DNA from: an uncultured Eubacteriales bacterium
Lineage (GTDB): Bacteria; Bacillota; Clostridia; Oscillospirales; Acutalibacteraceae
NCBI GenBank assembly: GCA_900316815.1
Contig: ONEN01000003.1
Coordinates: 1-41,973 of the forward strand
Length of the DNA: 41,973 nt
Direction: 5' to 3'
This document shows, in pieces, positions 27,744-38,334 of the stretch. Positions within the stretch are counted from its first letter, which is position 1; the number at the start of each line of letters is the position of its first letter. Under the pieces are notes generated by a model. The model worked only from the letters and a program-made list of their open reading frames with translations, did not search any database and was not told the origin of the DNA. Position numbers and translations under genes: made by a program.

Positions 27744-27777
27744 TCATCAAGAATTTGCATATAGAGGAGGAATTCCG

Positions 27778-28323
27778 ATGTCGAAGAAGAAAAAGGAAGA
27801 GGCGGTCGAGAACACCGAAGAGGTAAAGGCCGCAGCGGAGGCTGCACAGGAAGAGCAGCCCGGGGAAAAAGACGAACGCGACGAGCGGATCAAGGCGCTC
27901 GAGGAGGAGCTGGCGGCAGGCAAGGATAAGTACCTGCGGCTCGCGGCGGAGTATGACAACTTCCGCAAGCGCACCGCCAACGAAAAGCTTTCGCTCTATG
28001 ACGACGCTACATCCAAGGCTGTCAGGGAACTGCTGCCCGTGGCGGACAGCGTGAGAATGGCGCTGGATAACCTCAAGGAAGCAAGCCCCGAGATCATCAA
28101 GGGAATTGAGCTGATTTCCAATCAGCTTGCCAAGTCCTTTGAAAAGCTCAAGGTGGAAGCCTTCGGCGCGGTAGGCGAGGACTTTGATCCCAACCTGCAC
28201 AACGCCGTCGGCATGGTGGAAAACGAGGAGCTCGGCTCCGGTAAGATCGCCGCCGTGTACCAGACGGGCTACAAGCTCGGCGATAAGATCATCCGCCACG
28301 CAATGGTACAGGTCACATCGTGA
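27778..28323 (+). CDS. grpE: Nucleotide exchange factor GrpE
   Basis: YLRLAAEYDNFRKR, FDPNLHNAV, GYKLGDKIIRHAMV. Confidence 0.95.
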   Translation: MSKKKKEEAVENTEEVKAAAEAAQEEQPGEKDERDERIKALEEELAAGKDKYLRLAAEYDNFRKRTANEKLSLYDDATSKAVRELLPVADSVRMALDNLKEASPEIIKGIELISNQLAKSFEKLKVEAFGAVGEDFDPNLHNAVGMVENEELGSGKIAAVYQTGYKLGDKIIRHAMVQVTS

Positions 28324-28435
28324 CGCTGTCCGGACACTGTCGGGCAAATAATTTTACTATCATATCAAACAATCAACCAATAAATAAACTCAATAAATCA
28401 ATAACTCAAAACAACAGTAAACGGAGGAATCAATT

Positions 28436-30295
28436 ATGGCAAAGACAATCGGTATAGATTTAGGAACAACCAACTCATGCGTATCCGTTATCGAAGGCGG
28501 CGAGCCCGTCGTTATCGCTAACGCGGAAGGCGCCAGAACCACCCCGTCCGTCGTCGCTTTTTCCAAGGACGGCGAGAGAATGGTCGGCCAGGTCGCGAAG
28601 CGCCAGGCTATCACCAACCCCGAGAGAACCGTTTCGTCCATCAAGCGCGAAATGGGCAGTGCCTACAAGGTAAACATCGACGGCAAGAGCTACACCCCGC
28701 AGGAGATTTCCGCTATGATTTTGCAGAAGCTCAAGGCTGACGCGGAGGCGTACCTCGGCGAGCCCGTCAGACAGGCGGTCATCACCGTTCCCGCTTACTT
28801 CACCGACGCGCAGCGCCAGGCGACCAAGGACGCGGGCAAGATCGCGGGTCTTGACGTAAAGAGAATCATCAACGAGCCCACAGCCGCGGCGCTCAGCTAC
28901 GGCGTAGATAAAGAAAACGACCAGAAGGTTATGGTGTATGACCTCGGCGGCGGCACCTTCGACGTGTCCATCATCGAGATGGGCGACGGCGTGCAGGAGG
29001 TTCTCGCCACTGCCGGCAACAACCGTCTGGGCGGCGACGACTTTGACAAGCGCATCATCGACTGGATGGTGAAGTCCTTCAGAACAGAGACCGGCATCGA
29101 CCTGTCCTCCGACAAAATGGCGATGCAGCGCCTCAAGGAGGCTGCCGAGAAGGCGAAGATCGAGCTTTCCGGCGTGACTACCTCCTCCATCAACCTGCCC
29201 TTCATCACCGCTGACCAGACAGGCCCCAAGCACCTCGACCTGACCCTGACCAGAGCGAAGTTCAACGAGCTGACCGCCGACCTGGTAGAAGCTACCATGG
29301 GTCCCGTGCGTTCCGCGCTCTCCGACTCGGGGCTGCAGATCAGCCAGATCGACAAGGTGCTGATGGTGGGCGGTTCCTCCAGAATCCCCGCCGTTCAGGA
29401 CGCGGTGCAGAAGCTGATCGGCAAGGAGCCGTTCAAGGGCATTAACCCCGACGAGTGCGTAGCCATGGGCGCTGCCATTCAGGGCGGCGTGCTCGGCGGC
29501 GAGGTTGACGGCCTGCTGCTGCTCGACGTAACACCCCTGTCCCTCGGCGTTGAAACCATGGGCGGCATCATGACCAAGATCATCGACAGAAACACCACTA
29601 TCCCTGCCAAGAAGAGCCAGATCTTCTCCACCGCTGCCGACAACCAGACGCAGGTTGAGATCAACGTGCTTCAGGGTGAGCGTGAGTTCGCCCGCGACAA
29701 CAAGCAGCTCGGTTTGTTCGCGCTCACAGGCATTGCGCCCGCTATGCGCGGTATCCCGCAGATCGAGGTAACCTTCGACATCGACGCCAACGGTATCGTC
29801 AACGTTTCCGCGAAGGACCTTGGCACCGGCAAGGAGCAGAAGATCACCATCTCCTCCTCCACCAACATGAGCAAGGACGACATCGACAAGGCGGTGAAGG
29901 AAGCGGAGCAGTATGCTGCCGAGGACAAGAAGCGCCGCGAGCAGGTAGACGCGAAGAACGAGGCGGAGAACCTCGCTTATCAGGCGGAGAAGCTCGTGAA
30001 GGAGAGCGGCGACAAGCTCGGCGAGAGCGACAAGACCGCTATCAACACCAAGGTGTCCGCCGTGAAGGACGCTATCGCGAAGAACGACGCGTCACTCATC
30101 AACAGCGCGAAAGAGGATCTGCAGAAGACCGTCTATGAGGTATCCGCAAAGCTGTATCAGCAGGCGGCTCCCCGGCAGGGCGCTCCCGACATGGGCGGCG
30201 CGCAGCCGAACGGCGGCTACGACGCAAAAACCGACAACGGCGGAGATCCCAACGTCTATGACGCGGACTTCACCGATGTGGACGGCAATAACTGA
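28436..30295 (+). CDS. dnaK: Chaperone DnaK
   Basis: [37 protein letters not shown]. Confidence 0.99.
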   Translation: MAKTIGIDLGTTNSCVSVIEGGEPVVIANAEGARTTPSVVAFSKDGERMVGQVAKRQAITNPERTVSSIKREMGSAYKVNIDGKSYTPQEISAMILQKLKADAEAYLGEPVRQAVITVPAYFTDAQRQATKDAGKIAGLDVKRIINEPTAAALSYGVDKENDQKVMVYDLGGGTFDVSIIEMGDGVQEVLATAGNNRLGGDDFDKRIIDWMVKSFRTETGIDLSSDKMAMQRLKEAAEKAKIELSGVTTSSINLPFITADQTGPKHLDLTLTRAKFNELTADLVEATMGPVRSALSDSGLQISQIDKVLMVGGSSRIPAVQDAVQKLIGKEPFKGINPDECVAMGAAIQGGVLGGEVDGLLLLDVTPLSLGVETMGGIMTKIIDRNTTIPAKKSQIFSTAADNQTQVEINVLQGEREFARDNKQLGLFALTGIAPAMRGIPQIEVTFDIDANGIVNVSAKDLGTGKEQKITISSSTNMSKDDIDKAVKEAEQYAAEDKKRREQVDAKNEAENLAYQAEKLVKESGDKLGESDKTAINTKVSAVKDAIAKNDASLINSAKEDLQKTVYEVSAKLYQQAAPRQGAPDMGGAQPNGGYDAKTDNGGDPNVYDADFTDVDGNN

Positions 30296-30308
30296 TACAA
30301 TACACGGA

Positions 30309-30338
30309 AAAAGGGCGACATACGCTGTCGCCCTGTTT
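30309..30338 (+). terminator. Hairpin/partial terminator after dnaK
   Basis: AGGGCGACA / TGTCGCCCT followed by GTTT. Confidence 0.6.
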
Positions 30339-30453
30339 CCGCATTAATGTTGAATGTGGAGGCACACCGCGTTTTGCTGCGCCTCTACATTTGACATTAA
30401 TGAAAATTTCAAAACCAACCAAATGGATTAACCGTACATACGGAGGATAGACA

Positions 30454-31629
30454 ATGGCAGATAAGAGAGATTACTATGAGGTGCTCGGCCTGAACAAGGG
30501 CGCGAGCGATGACGAAATCAAAAAGGCGTTCCGTCAGAGCGCAAAAAAATACCATCCCGACCTTCACCCCGGCGACAAGAAGTGCGAGGAGAAGTTCAAG
30601 GAGGTCAATGAGGCGTACGAGGTGCTGTCCGACAAGGATAAGCGCGCGCGCTACGACCAGTTCGGCCACGCGGGCGTCGATCCCAACTACGGCGCGGGCG
30701 CGGGGGGAGCCGGCAGCCCGTTCGGCGCCGGTATCGACCTTGACGACATCTTTTCCAGCTTTTTCGGCGGCTTCGGCGGCAGAAGGCGCGGACGCGCCAA
30801 CGCGCCCCAGCGCGGCAGCGACGTGGAGGCGAGCGTCACCATCACCTTTGAGGAGGCGGCGAAGGGCTGCAACAAGACCATTACCTACAGCAACGTTTCC
30901 ACCTGCGACGAATGTCACGGCACGGGCGCGGCGGCAGGCTCGCAGCCCAAGACCTGCTCCGCGTGCGGCGGCTCGGGCAGGGTGACCATCAACCAGCGTT
31001 CGCCCTTCGGCATGGTGCAGACGCAGCGCTCCTGCGACGCCTGCCACGGAACGGGTAAAATCGTGGACAATCCCTGCCGCAAGTGCAGCGGCTCGGGCAG
31101 ACAGAGAAAGAGCGGCACCGTGGATGTGTCGATTCCCGCGGGCAGCGGCACCGTGGATGTGTCGATTCCCGCGGGCATCAAGGACCAGCAGATACTCAAC
31201 GTGAGCGGCCACGGCAACGCGGGCTACAACGGCGGCCCTGCGGGCGATCTGCATGTGTATGTCAACGTGCGCTCCCACAGCCTGTTTGAACGCCGCGGCG
31301 ACGACGTATGGTGCGATTTGCCCATCACCTTCGCGCAGGCGGTGCTCGGCGCCGAGGTAGTGGTGCCCACACTCGACGGCAAGGTGAAATACAGCATTCA
31401 CGAGGGAACCCAGCCCAACGACGTCTTTAAGCTCAAGGGCAGGGGTATCCAGCGGCTCGGCGGCAGAGGCAGGGGCGACCAGTATGTGCGCGTTGTGGTG
31501 GAGATCCCCAAGAGCCTTAACAACCGCCAGAAGGATCTGGTGCGCGAGTTCGACAAATCCACCACCGAGAAAAACTACGCCAAGAGGAAGAGCTTCTTTG
31601 AAAAGCTCAAGGATTTCCTCAACGATTAA
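30454..31629 (+). CDS. dnaJ: Chaperone DnaJ with an in-frame 11-aa tandem duplication
   Basis: J domain HPD, G/F region, four CxxCxGxG motifs; [11 protein letters not shown] occurs twice. Confidence 0.96.
   Translation: MADKRDYYEVLGLNKGASDDEIKKAFRQSAKKYHPDLHPGDKKCEEKFKEVNEAYEVLSDKDKRARYDQFGHAGVDPNYGAGAGGAGSPFGAGIDLDDIFSSFFGGFGGRRRGRANAPQRGSDVEASVTITFEEAAKGCNKTITYSNVSTCDECHGTGAAAGSQPKTCSACGGSGRVTINQRSPFGMVQTQRSCDACHGTGKIVDNPCRKCSGSGRQRKSGTVDVSIPAGSGTVDVSIPAGIKDQQILNVSGHGNAGYNGGPAGDLHVYVNVRSHSLFERRGDDVWCDLPITFAQAVLGAEVVVPTLDGKVKYSIHEGTQPNDVFKLKGRGIQRLGGRGRGDQYVRVVVEIPKSLNNRQKDLVREFDKSTTEKNYAKRKSFFEKLKDFLND
31111..31176 (+). repeat. Perfect 33-bp tandem duplication inside dnaJ
   Basis: AGCGGCACCGTGGATGTGTCGATTCCCGCGGGC at 31111-31143 and 31144-31176. 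Confidence 0.97.
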
Positions 31630-31678
31630 GCAAGAATGAATAATAGATAATAAAGAATAATTATTAAGGTTCAAGAGC

Positions 31679-32597
31679 ATGAAAAACTGGACGGAAATTA
31701 AGATAGCGGTGAACGCCGCGGATGTTGACAGGGCGGGCGACATCGCCAACATGGTGGCGCCGGGCGGCATTTATATAGAGGACTACCGCGACATGGAGCA
31801 GGTGGTGGAGGACATCGCCCACATCGACCTGATAGACGAGGAGCTGCTGCAGAGAGACAGGAGCAAGGCATTTGTACATCTCTACATCGAGCCGGACGTT
31901 TCTCCCGCCGAGGCGGTGGCGTTTCTGAGCGAGCGCTGCGGCAGCGAGGGCATTGCCTATGATATCGAGCTGCTCAACTGCGCCGAGGAGGACTGGCGCA
32001 ATAACTGGAAGCAATACTTCCGCCCGCTCGCGGTCGGCGAGCGGCTGATGATCGTCCCGAGCTGGCTGGAGAATGTGGACACGCAGGGCAGGACGGCGCT
32101 CACCATCGACCCCGGTCTTGCCTTCGGCACGGGCGGTCACGAGACGACGCGGCTGTGCCTGGAGATGTGCGAGAAGTACCTGAAGCGTGCTCGACGTCGG
32201 CTGCGGCAGCGGCATTCTGAGCATCGCGGCGCTGCTGACGGGAGCGGGCACGGCGGTCGGTGTGGACATCGACGCCAAGGCGGTGGAGACCGCAGAGGAA
32301 AACGCCGCGCTCAACGGCGTGGGCGACCGCTTTACGGCGCTGTGCGGCAGCTTTACCGACAAGGTGCAGGGAAAATTTGACCTTGTGTTCGCCAACATCG
32401 TCGCCGACGCCATCCTCTTCCTTTCAAAGGGTGTGGCGGACTTTATGAAGCCCGGCGCGGTGTATATCATGAGCGGTATCATCGACACGCGCGCCGAGGA
32501 AGTAAAAAAGGGAATCAGCCCCTATTTTGATATTATCGAGGAACGGCTCGACGGCGGCTGGGCGTGCTTTGCGGCAAAGGCGGCCGCAAGGCGTTAA
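31679..32597 (+). pseudogene. prmA: Ribosomal protein L11 methyltransferase, frameshifted at about 32186
   Basis: First frame: EEDW..NWKQYF, IDPGLAFGTGGHETT...KYLK. The +1 frame continues VLDVGCGSGILSI, DID, ANIVAD, SGII. Confidence 0.9.
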
Positions 32598-32627
32598 CGC
32601 TGCGCCGCGATACTTTTGGAATCGGGC

Positions 32628-32656
32628 TTGCAATTTCGGAAAAATTGTGGTAAAGT
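32628..32656 (+). promoter_or_regulatory. Possible sigma-A promoter
   Basis: TTGCAA-N17-TAAAGT with TG extension. Confidence 0.5.
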
Positions 32657-32698
32657 AGAGTCGTTAACCGTAATTCATTGTGTTCGGAGGCTATTGTT

Positions 32699-33253
32699 AT
32701 GAAAAAGCACGGTATGAAAGACCATCTCAATCTGTTCTTTTCCGCATTCCTGGTTGTCGCGTTTATGGTATGCGCGTATTTCTTCTCTAATTTCACATCA
32801 TCCCTTCCCATCATGACGAGCCAGCTGATCTCCATCGCTGTTTTCGCGGTGTTCGGTCTGCTGCTGTTCTACGCGACGAGAGTCGGCGACGGCAAGGCGG
32901 TGTTCCGCTTCTCGCCCTTTACCTTCCTGTTCATGGTGCTGCCCTCGCTGTTTATCATCGTGGCGTCTCTGGCTGAATTTATGCCGCTGCACGCCAACTT
33001 TGCGGCGGATATGCTTACGGGCAAAATCAGCGTTATCACCACCATGGCGGCTGTCGCGCTGGGCTACGGCATTCCTTATTCCTTTATCAGCGGCTTTGAG
33101 CTGAGGGTCGAGGGAGAAGAGGAAGACGACGAGGCGGAAAAAGTGCTGAAGGGCGGCATCGAGGCCGATTTGTATGAAGAGAGCGACGAGGCGGAGGACG
33201 AGGAAGCCGAGGAGTCGGGTCTGCAGAACAAGGACATCGACGAAGAGGAATAA
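32699..33253 (+). CDS. 4-TM membrane protein with acidic C-terminal tail
   Basis: SD GGAGG; four hydrophobic segments; Glu/Asp-rich end. Confidence 0.75.
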   Translation: MKKHGMKDHLNLFFSAFLVVAFMVCAYFFSNFTSSLPIMTSQLISIAVFAVFGLLLFYATRVGDGKAVFRFSPFTFLFMVLPSLFIIVASLAEFMPLHANFAADMLTGKISVITTMAAVALGYGIPYSFISGFELRVEGEEEDDEAEKVLKGGIEADLYEESDEAEDEEAEESGLQNKDIDEEE

Positions 33254-33431
33254 AGTAGATTGATATTGCAAGGCGCAGGGCAGCAGACAGCTCTGCGCCG
33301 TTTTTTTGCACAGGAGAAGAAGCGTGCGCCTGCCGCTGCCATGCGGTGCGGGTGACACAAAGGTAAACAAAAATAGGAGGGAAACACGGGGATTTTTCTC
33401 ACAGGGAAAATGGGATAAAACGGCGCATTTG

Positions 33432-33460
33432 TTGACTTTTGGATTTTGGTATAATATAAT
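33432..33460 (+). promoter_or_regulatory. Sigma-A promoter of the glycosylation operon
   Basis: TTGACT-N17-TATAAT. Confidence 0.7.
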
Positions 33461-33505
33461 GAACAGTGTGCGAACTTATCAACATCGACTAAGGAAGGGA
33501 AGAAT

Positions 33506-34636
33506 ATGATACCTTTTAACATTCCCCCGTTTTTGGGAACAGAGACCGCGTATATCAAGGAAGCGATCAATAATCATAAAATCTGCGGCGACGGTCCGTT
33601 CACCAAGCGGTGCCATCAGTGGCTGGAGGAAAAGACGGGCACTGCCAAGGCGCTGCTCACCACCTCCTGCACCCATTCGCTGGAAATGGCGGCGCTGCTG
33701 CTGGATATCCGGCCGGGCGACGAGGTGATTCTGCCGTCGTTTACCTTCTGTTCCACCGCCGACGCGTTTGTGCTGCGCGGCGCGAAGCTGGTGTTCGTTG
33801 ACATCCGTCCCGACACCATGAATATTGACGAAACCAAAATTGAAGATGCCGTCACCCCGAAAACAAAGGCGATCGTGCCTGTTCACTACGCGGGCGTCGC
33901 CTGCGAAATGGACGCCATTATGGCGATTGCCCGGCGGCATGACCTCCGCGTGGTGGAGGACGCGGCGCAGGCGGTGATGTCCGAATATAAGGGACAGGCG
34001 CTGGGCACCATCGGCGACTACGGCTGCTATTCCTTCCATGAAACCAAGAACTACAGCATGGGCGAGGGCGGCGCGCTGCTCATCAAGGATCCCGCCAAAA
34101 TCGAGGACGCGGAGATCCTCCGCGAAAAGGGCACCAACCGCAGCGTGTTCCTGCGCGGTCAGATCGATAAATACACCTGGGTCAACCACGGCTCGTCCTA
34201 CCTCCCCAGCGACATGAACGCCGCCTACCTCTGGGCGCAGCTGCAGGAGGCGGATAAAATCAACGGCAACCGCCTTGCGTCCTGGCAGAAGTATTACAAC
34301 GCGTTCGAGGCTCTGGAAAAAGAGGGCTTTGTGCAGCGCCCCGTGATCCCTGCCGAATGCAAACAGAACGCCCACATGTTCTACCTCAAGGCGAAGGACC
34401 TGGAGGAGAGGACCGCGCTGATCGCGTTCCTCAGGGAAAACGGCGTGCAGGCGGTGTTCCACTACATTCCGCTGCACAGCGCGCCTGCCGGTCTGCGGTT
34501 CGGACGCTTCCACGGCGAGGACGTCTACACCACCAGAGAAGCCGACCGTCTGCTGCGTCTGCCGATGTACTACGATCTGCGCAGCGAGGACGCCGACAAG
34601 GTGATCGACGCGGTCACCGGATTTTATAAGGGTTAA
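33506..34636 (+). CDS. rffA: dTDP-4-amino-4,6-dideoxygalactose transaminase (WecE/RffA-like)
   Basis: MIPFNIP, CGDGPFTKRC, SCTHSLEMAA, EDAAQ, SFHETKN (PLP lysine), REKGTNRS, VFHYIPLH. Confidence 0.9.
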   Translation: MIPFNIPPFLGTETAYIKEAINNHKICGDGPFTKRCHQWLEEKTGTAKALLTTSCTHSLEMAALLLDIRPGDEVILPSFTFCSTADAFVLRGAKLVFVDIRPDTMNIDETKIEDAVTPKTKAIVPVHYAGVACEMDAIMAIARRHDLRVVEDAAQAVMSEYKGQALGTIGDYGCYSFHETKNYSMGEGGALLIKDPAKIEDAEILREKGTNRSVFLRGQIDKYTWVNHGSSYLPSDMNAAYLWAQLQEADKINGNRLASWQKYYNAFEALEKEGFVQRPVIPAECKQNAHMFYLKAKDLEERTALIAFLRENGVQAVFHYIPLHSAPAGLRFGRFHGEDVYTTREADRLLRLPMYYDLRSEDADKVIDAVTGFYKG

Positions 34637-34639
34637 GCT

Positions 34640-35158
34640 ATGAATGAGAATGTGACCATCCGCCCGATCACGGAGGCGGATACCGACAATATTATCAGGT
34701 GGCGCAACGCGCCCTCCGTGGTGGAGCATTTTATCTACCGCACGCCGCTGACCGCCGAGGCGCACCTGAACTGGCTGCACAACCGCGTGGAAACGGGCGA
34801 TGTGGCGCAGTTCATCATCATGGACGGCGAAACGCCCGTCGGCTCGGTGTATCTGCGCGATATTGACAGAGTCAACCGCAAATGCGAGTACGGCATTTTC
34901 ATCGGCGAGGAGTCCTGCCGCGGCAAGGGCGTCGGCTCCGCCGCCGCAAAGCTCGCGCTTGCCTACGCCTTTGAGGAGCTGAACATGAACCGCGTGTTCC
35001 TGCGCGTCTTTGCCGACAACCGCCGCGCGGTGAAAAGCTATGAAAACGCGGGCTTCCGCTATGAGGGCACCTTCCGTCAGGATGTGATGATCGACGGCAG
35101 GGGACAGGATATGGAATTTTACGCGATTCTTCGTGAAGAGTGGCAAAAAGGAGCGTAG
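34640..35158 (+). CDS. GNAT N-acetyltransferase (RimJ/PseH-like), probably for the amino sugar
   Basis: WRN, EYGIFIGE..RGKGVG, N.RA.KSYE..GF..EG. Confidence 0.8.
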   Translation: MNENVTIRPITEADTDNIIRWRNAPSVVEHFIYRTPLTAEAHLNWLHNRVETGDVAQFIIMDGETPVGSVYLRDIDRVNRKCEYGIFIGEESCRGKGVGSAAAKLALAYAFEELNMNRVFLRVFADNRRAVKSYENAGFRYEGTFRQDVMIDGRGQDMEFYAILREEWQKGA

Positions 35159-35161
35159 GCC

Positions 35162-36106
35162 ATGGAAAAAATTTCCTTTGTGATCCCGTGCTACCGCTCG
35201 GAGCATACCATCGGCGCGGTGGTGGACGAAATCGTCGGCACCGTTACCGCTCACGGCGGCTACGACTACGAAATCATTCTGGTCAACGACAGCTCCCCCG
35301 ATAACGTGATGGACGTCATTGCGGCGCTGTCGCAGGCGAATCCCCGTGTGAAGGGGCTGGATCTGGCGCGCAACTTCGGACAGCATTCGGCTATCATGGC
35401 GGGCTTTACCTATCTGACGGGCGACATCGTGGTCTGCCTGGACGACGACGGCCAGACGCCTGCCAACGAGATGTTCAAGCTGATTGACAAGCTGGACGAG
35501 GCGGATCTTGTCTTTGCGGAATACAAGACCAAGCAGCACTCGGGCTTCCGCAACTTCGGCAGCAAGGTCAACGACCTGATGGCGCGCTGGCTGCTGAGCA
35601 AGCCGAAGGAGCTGAAAATCATGAGCTACTTCGCCTGCCGCCGCTATGTGACGGACGAGGTGCTCCGCTATGAAAACCCCTATCCCTATATGAGCGGTCT
35701 GCTGCTGCGCGCCACCAATAAGGTGTGCAATGTGGTGGTCAACCACCGCGAGCGCGCCGAGGGCACCTCGGGCTACAGCCTGCGCAAGCTGCTGCTGCTG
35801 TGGGTCAACGGCTTTACGTCGTTTTCCGTCAAGCCCCTGCGCATCGCTACCGTCCTCGGCACCTTTACCGCGATCGTGGGCTTTTGCTACGGGGTGTATG
35901 TGATCATCAATAAAATCGTCAATCCGCACGCGCCCATGGGCTGGAGCTCCACAATGGCGGCGCTGCTGTTTATCGGCGGCATGATCATGCTGATGCTGGG
36001 CATGGTGGGCGAATATGTGGGCAGGATTTATCTGAGTATCAACCGCGCACCGCAGTTTGTGATCCGCAGGGCGGTCGGCTTTGAGGACAAAAAGCATGGA
36101 AAATAA
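35162..36106 (+). CDS. GT2 polyprenol-phosphate glycosyltransferase (ArnC/GtrB-like)
   Basis: ISFVIPCY, VND.SPD, RNFGQHSA, LDDDGQ, two C-terminal TM helices, GEYVGRIY. Confidence 0.88.
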   Translation: MEKISFVIPCYRSEHTIGAVVDEIVGTVTAHGGYDYEIILVNDSSPDNVMDVIAALSQANPRVKGLDLARNFGQHSAIMAGFTYLTGDIVVCLDDDGQTPANEMFKLIDKLDEADLVFAEYKTKQHSGFRNFGSKVNDLMARWLLSKPKELKIMSYFACRRYVTDEVLRYENPYPYMSGLLLRATNKVCNVVVNHRERAEGTSGYSLRKLLLLWVNGFTSFSVKPLRIATVLGTFTAIVGFCYGVYVIINKIVNPHAPMGWSSTMAALLFIGGMIMLMLGMVGEYVGRIYLSINRAPQFVIRRAVGFEDKKHGK

Positions 36107-36458
36107 AAACAAGCGTAAATTTGACTTTAAAACCTACGCGGTGCTGCACTTTATTCTGCTGCTCTACTCCTTTGTGGGCGTCTTTATGAAAAAGGCGTTC
36201 GAGCAGCCGTTTCTCTCGTTTTACTTTTTGCTGTTCGCGGGGCTGGCGGTGCTGTTTCTGGGCATTTACGCGCTGCTTTGGCAGCAGGTGCTCAAAAAGC
36301 TGCCGCTCACCGTCGCCTTTACCAACAAGGCAATCTGCATTGCGTGGGGTATGCTGTGGGGCGCGCTGATTCTGGGCGACGTCATCACATGGTATAAAAT
36401 CGTAGGCTCGGTAATCGTATTCGCGGGCGTTGTATTGGTGGTGTCGAACAATGAGTAA
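36096..36458 (+). CDS. SMR/EamA-type small transporter (ArnE/F-like flippase subunit)
   Basis: About 120 aa, 4 TM helices, WQQVLKKLPLTVAF. Confidence 0.75.
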   Translation: MENKNKRKFDFKTYAVLHFILLLYSFVGVFMKKAFEQPFLSFYFLLFAGLAVLFLGIYALLWQQVLKKLPLTVAFTNKAICIAWGMLWGALILGDVITWYKIVGSVIVFAGVVLVVSNNE

Positions 36459-36828
36459 GGAACAGCTGGTGGCGGTGTTTTCCTGCGTGTTTCTCGTTTC
36501 GGTGTTCATCTCGTCCGTTTCGCAGATACTGCTGAAAAAAAGCGCCGATAAAACCTATGACAGTAAAATCAAGGAGTACCTCAACCCGCTGGTGATCGCG
36601 GCATACGGCATGTTTTTCTGCTCCATGCTCATCACCATGTACTGCTACAGGTTCGTGGACGTGTCGGCGGGACCGATACTGGAGAGCGCGGGCTATGTGT
36701 TCGTGGCGGTGCTGGGCTATATCTTCCTCAGGGAAAAATTCACTAAGAAAAAAGTCATCGGAATGCTGGTGCTGCTGTGCGGCATCGCCCTGTTCGCGCT
36801 GGGCGGCTATATTCCGATTTTTCAATAA
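36451..36828 (+). CDS. SMR/EamA-type small transporter (second subunit)
   Basis: About 125 aa, SQILLKKSA, EYLNP, FLREK; 4 TM helices. Confidence 0.75.
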   Translation: MSKEQLVAVFSCVFLVSVFISSVSQILLKKSADKTYDSKIKEYLNPLVIAAYGMFFCSMLITMYCYRFVDVSAGPILESAGYVFVAVLGYIFLREKFTKKKVIGMLVLLCGIALFALGGYIPIFQ

Positions 36829-36860
36829 CCTTCGCCGTCGGCAGGGAGAGTGTTAACCGA

Positions 36861-38297
36861 ATGAAAGAAAAATTTTTGCATATGTACCGCAGCGACCGCG
36901 TGTATCTCGCCGAGTGGATCGTGGCGGCGGTGACGGGGCTGTTCATCTTTGTGTCCTCCTGCACCTGGGATTTGCAGAGCCTGACCATCTGGTCGACCAA
37001 TGTGTGGGACAGCATTGCCGAGGGTCGGTTCAGGGAGCTTTACGCCCTGACCGCCGAAAACGTTCATCACGTCCACCACGCCCACATGGGCAGCGAGCTG
37101 ATGAGCGTGCTGCCGTGGTCGATCTGGAACCTGCCCATCTGGGCGATGCAGCGGTTCTTCAACAAACCGATTTTGGATTCGGCGCTGATGCTGGCGTATT
37201 CCAAGCTGTTTTTGGTGCTGGTGTCGACGGTGATGCTGGTGTACACCAAAAAAATCACCATGCTGCTTACGGTCGACAGAACCAAGAGCGTTTGGGCGGC
37301 GTTCCTGACCGCAAGCTCCGTTTATCTGTATCTGTCGGTCTGCTATTCGGGTCAGAACGATATCTTTATGATGACGGCGTCCGTGATAGCGATTTATTAT
37401 CTTTTACAGAACAGGCGCAGGGCGTTTTTGCTCTGGTCGGCGCTGGCGATCGCGATCAAGCCGTTTTTCATTGTGCCGCTGCTGGCGGTGCTGCTGCTGA
37501 CGGAAAAGAATTTCCTTCGCATCATCCGCGACGCCGTGATCGCCGTTTCGGGTCTGCTGGTGCAGAAGCTCTTCTTCATGGGCGCGCCCGGCTACGCGGA
37601 GTCTATGAATTCCGGTCCTGCACTGGAAATGCTGGAGGAGATGTTCCCTGCCAATATCAACACGGATTTCGGCGGCGTTTCGTTCTTCGCCGTGGCGCTC
37701 GTGCTGATTTACCTCTACTGCTATACGCGCGATTTTAAGCGAGACGCTTACGCGGACGGCAGCCGTTTGGCGGGCAGGTACGCGGTGTATATGATTGCCG
37801 TGACCTACGCCGCCTATCTGATGTTCTCGCCGTTTTCGTTCTACCGCCTCGCGGTGCTGACGCCGTTCCTCTATATCGTGCTGGTGCAGAACAGTCAGAT
37901 GCGCCTGTACAACGCGCTGCTCGATACGGCGATGTCGCTGGCGCTGATGCTGCGGATGGTGCTGCGCGGTTCCAAGATGCTGCGCGTCGATTTCATCAAC
38001 CGCGCGGTGGTGCAGCGCTTCTTCGGCTACAACGTCCAATATAACGAAAAGAGCCGTTTTGCCGATGCGGATATATTCCTCACCGACAAGTTCAAGCTGC
38101 TCGAAACCATGCAGCCGCTGTTCGCGGGAATCGCGGTTGCCGCGGCGGTGCTGCTGCTGGCGTTTAACCATCCCGAAAAGAAGGTGTCGCTCCCCGTGAG
38201 CGGCGACAAGCATGTGCGCGTGCTGGTGTGGGCGCGTATGCTGATTATCGTGCCGTTTGTGGCGCTGAGCCTGTATCTTTTCGCCAAATCGGCATAA
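36861..38297 (+). CDS. Polytopic membrane protein, probable GT-C glycosyltransferase
   Basis: About 11 TM helices; Asp after the first TM helix (WDL), GQND and AIAIKPF motifs typical of GT-C fold proteins; operon context. Confidence 0.6.
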   Translation: MKEKFLHMYRSDRVYLAEWIVAAVTGLFIFVSSCTWDLQSLTIWSTNVWDSIAEGRFRELYALTAENVHHVHHAHMGSELMSVLPWSIWNLPIWAMQRFFNKPILDSALMLAYSKLFLVLVSTVMLVYTKKITMLLTVDRTKSVWAAFLTASSVYLYLSVCYSGQNDIFMMTASVIAIYYLLQNRRRAFLLWSALAIAIKPFFIVPLLAVLLLTEKNFLRIIRDAVIAVSGLLVQKLFFMGAPGYAESMNSGPALEMLEEMFPANINTDFGGVSFFAVALVLIYLYCYTRDFKRDAYADGSRLAGRYAVYMIAVTYAAYLMFSPFSFYRLAVLTPFLYIVLVQNSQMRLYNALLDTAMSLALMLRMVLRGSKMLRVDFINRAVVQRFFGYNVQYNEKSRFADADIFLTDKFKLLETMQPLFAGIAVAAAVLLLAFNHPEKKVSLPVSGDKHVRVLVWARMLIIVPFVALSLYLFAKSA

Positions 38298-38334
38298 TCA
38301 TATTATCAAAGAGTCACAATAAGGAGGCAAAGCC

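Noticed and set aside
33479-36112. 877-aa minus-strand ORF, and similar long antisense ORFs (16759-18591, 2182-3723, 30409-31770, 10991-11965)
   Set aside because: They lie antisense to well-supported genes, have no recognisable motifs, and are expected shadows of GC-rich codon bias.
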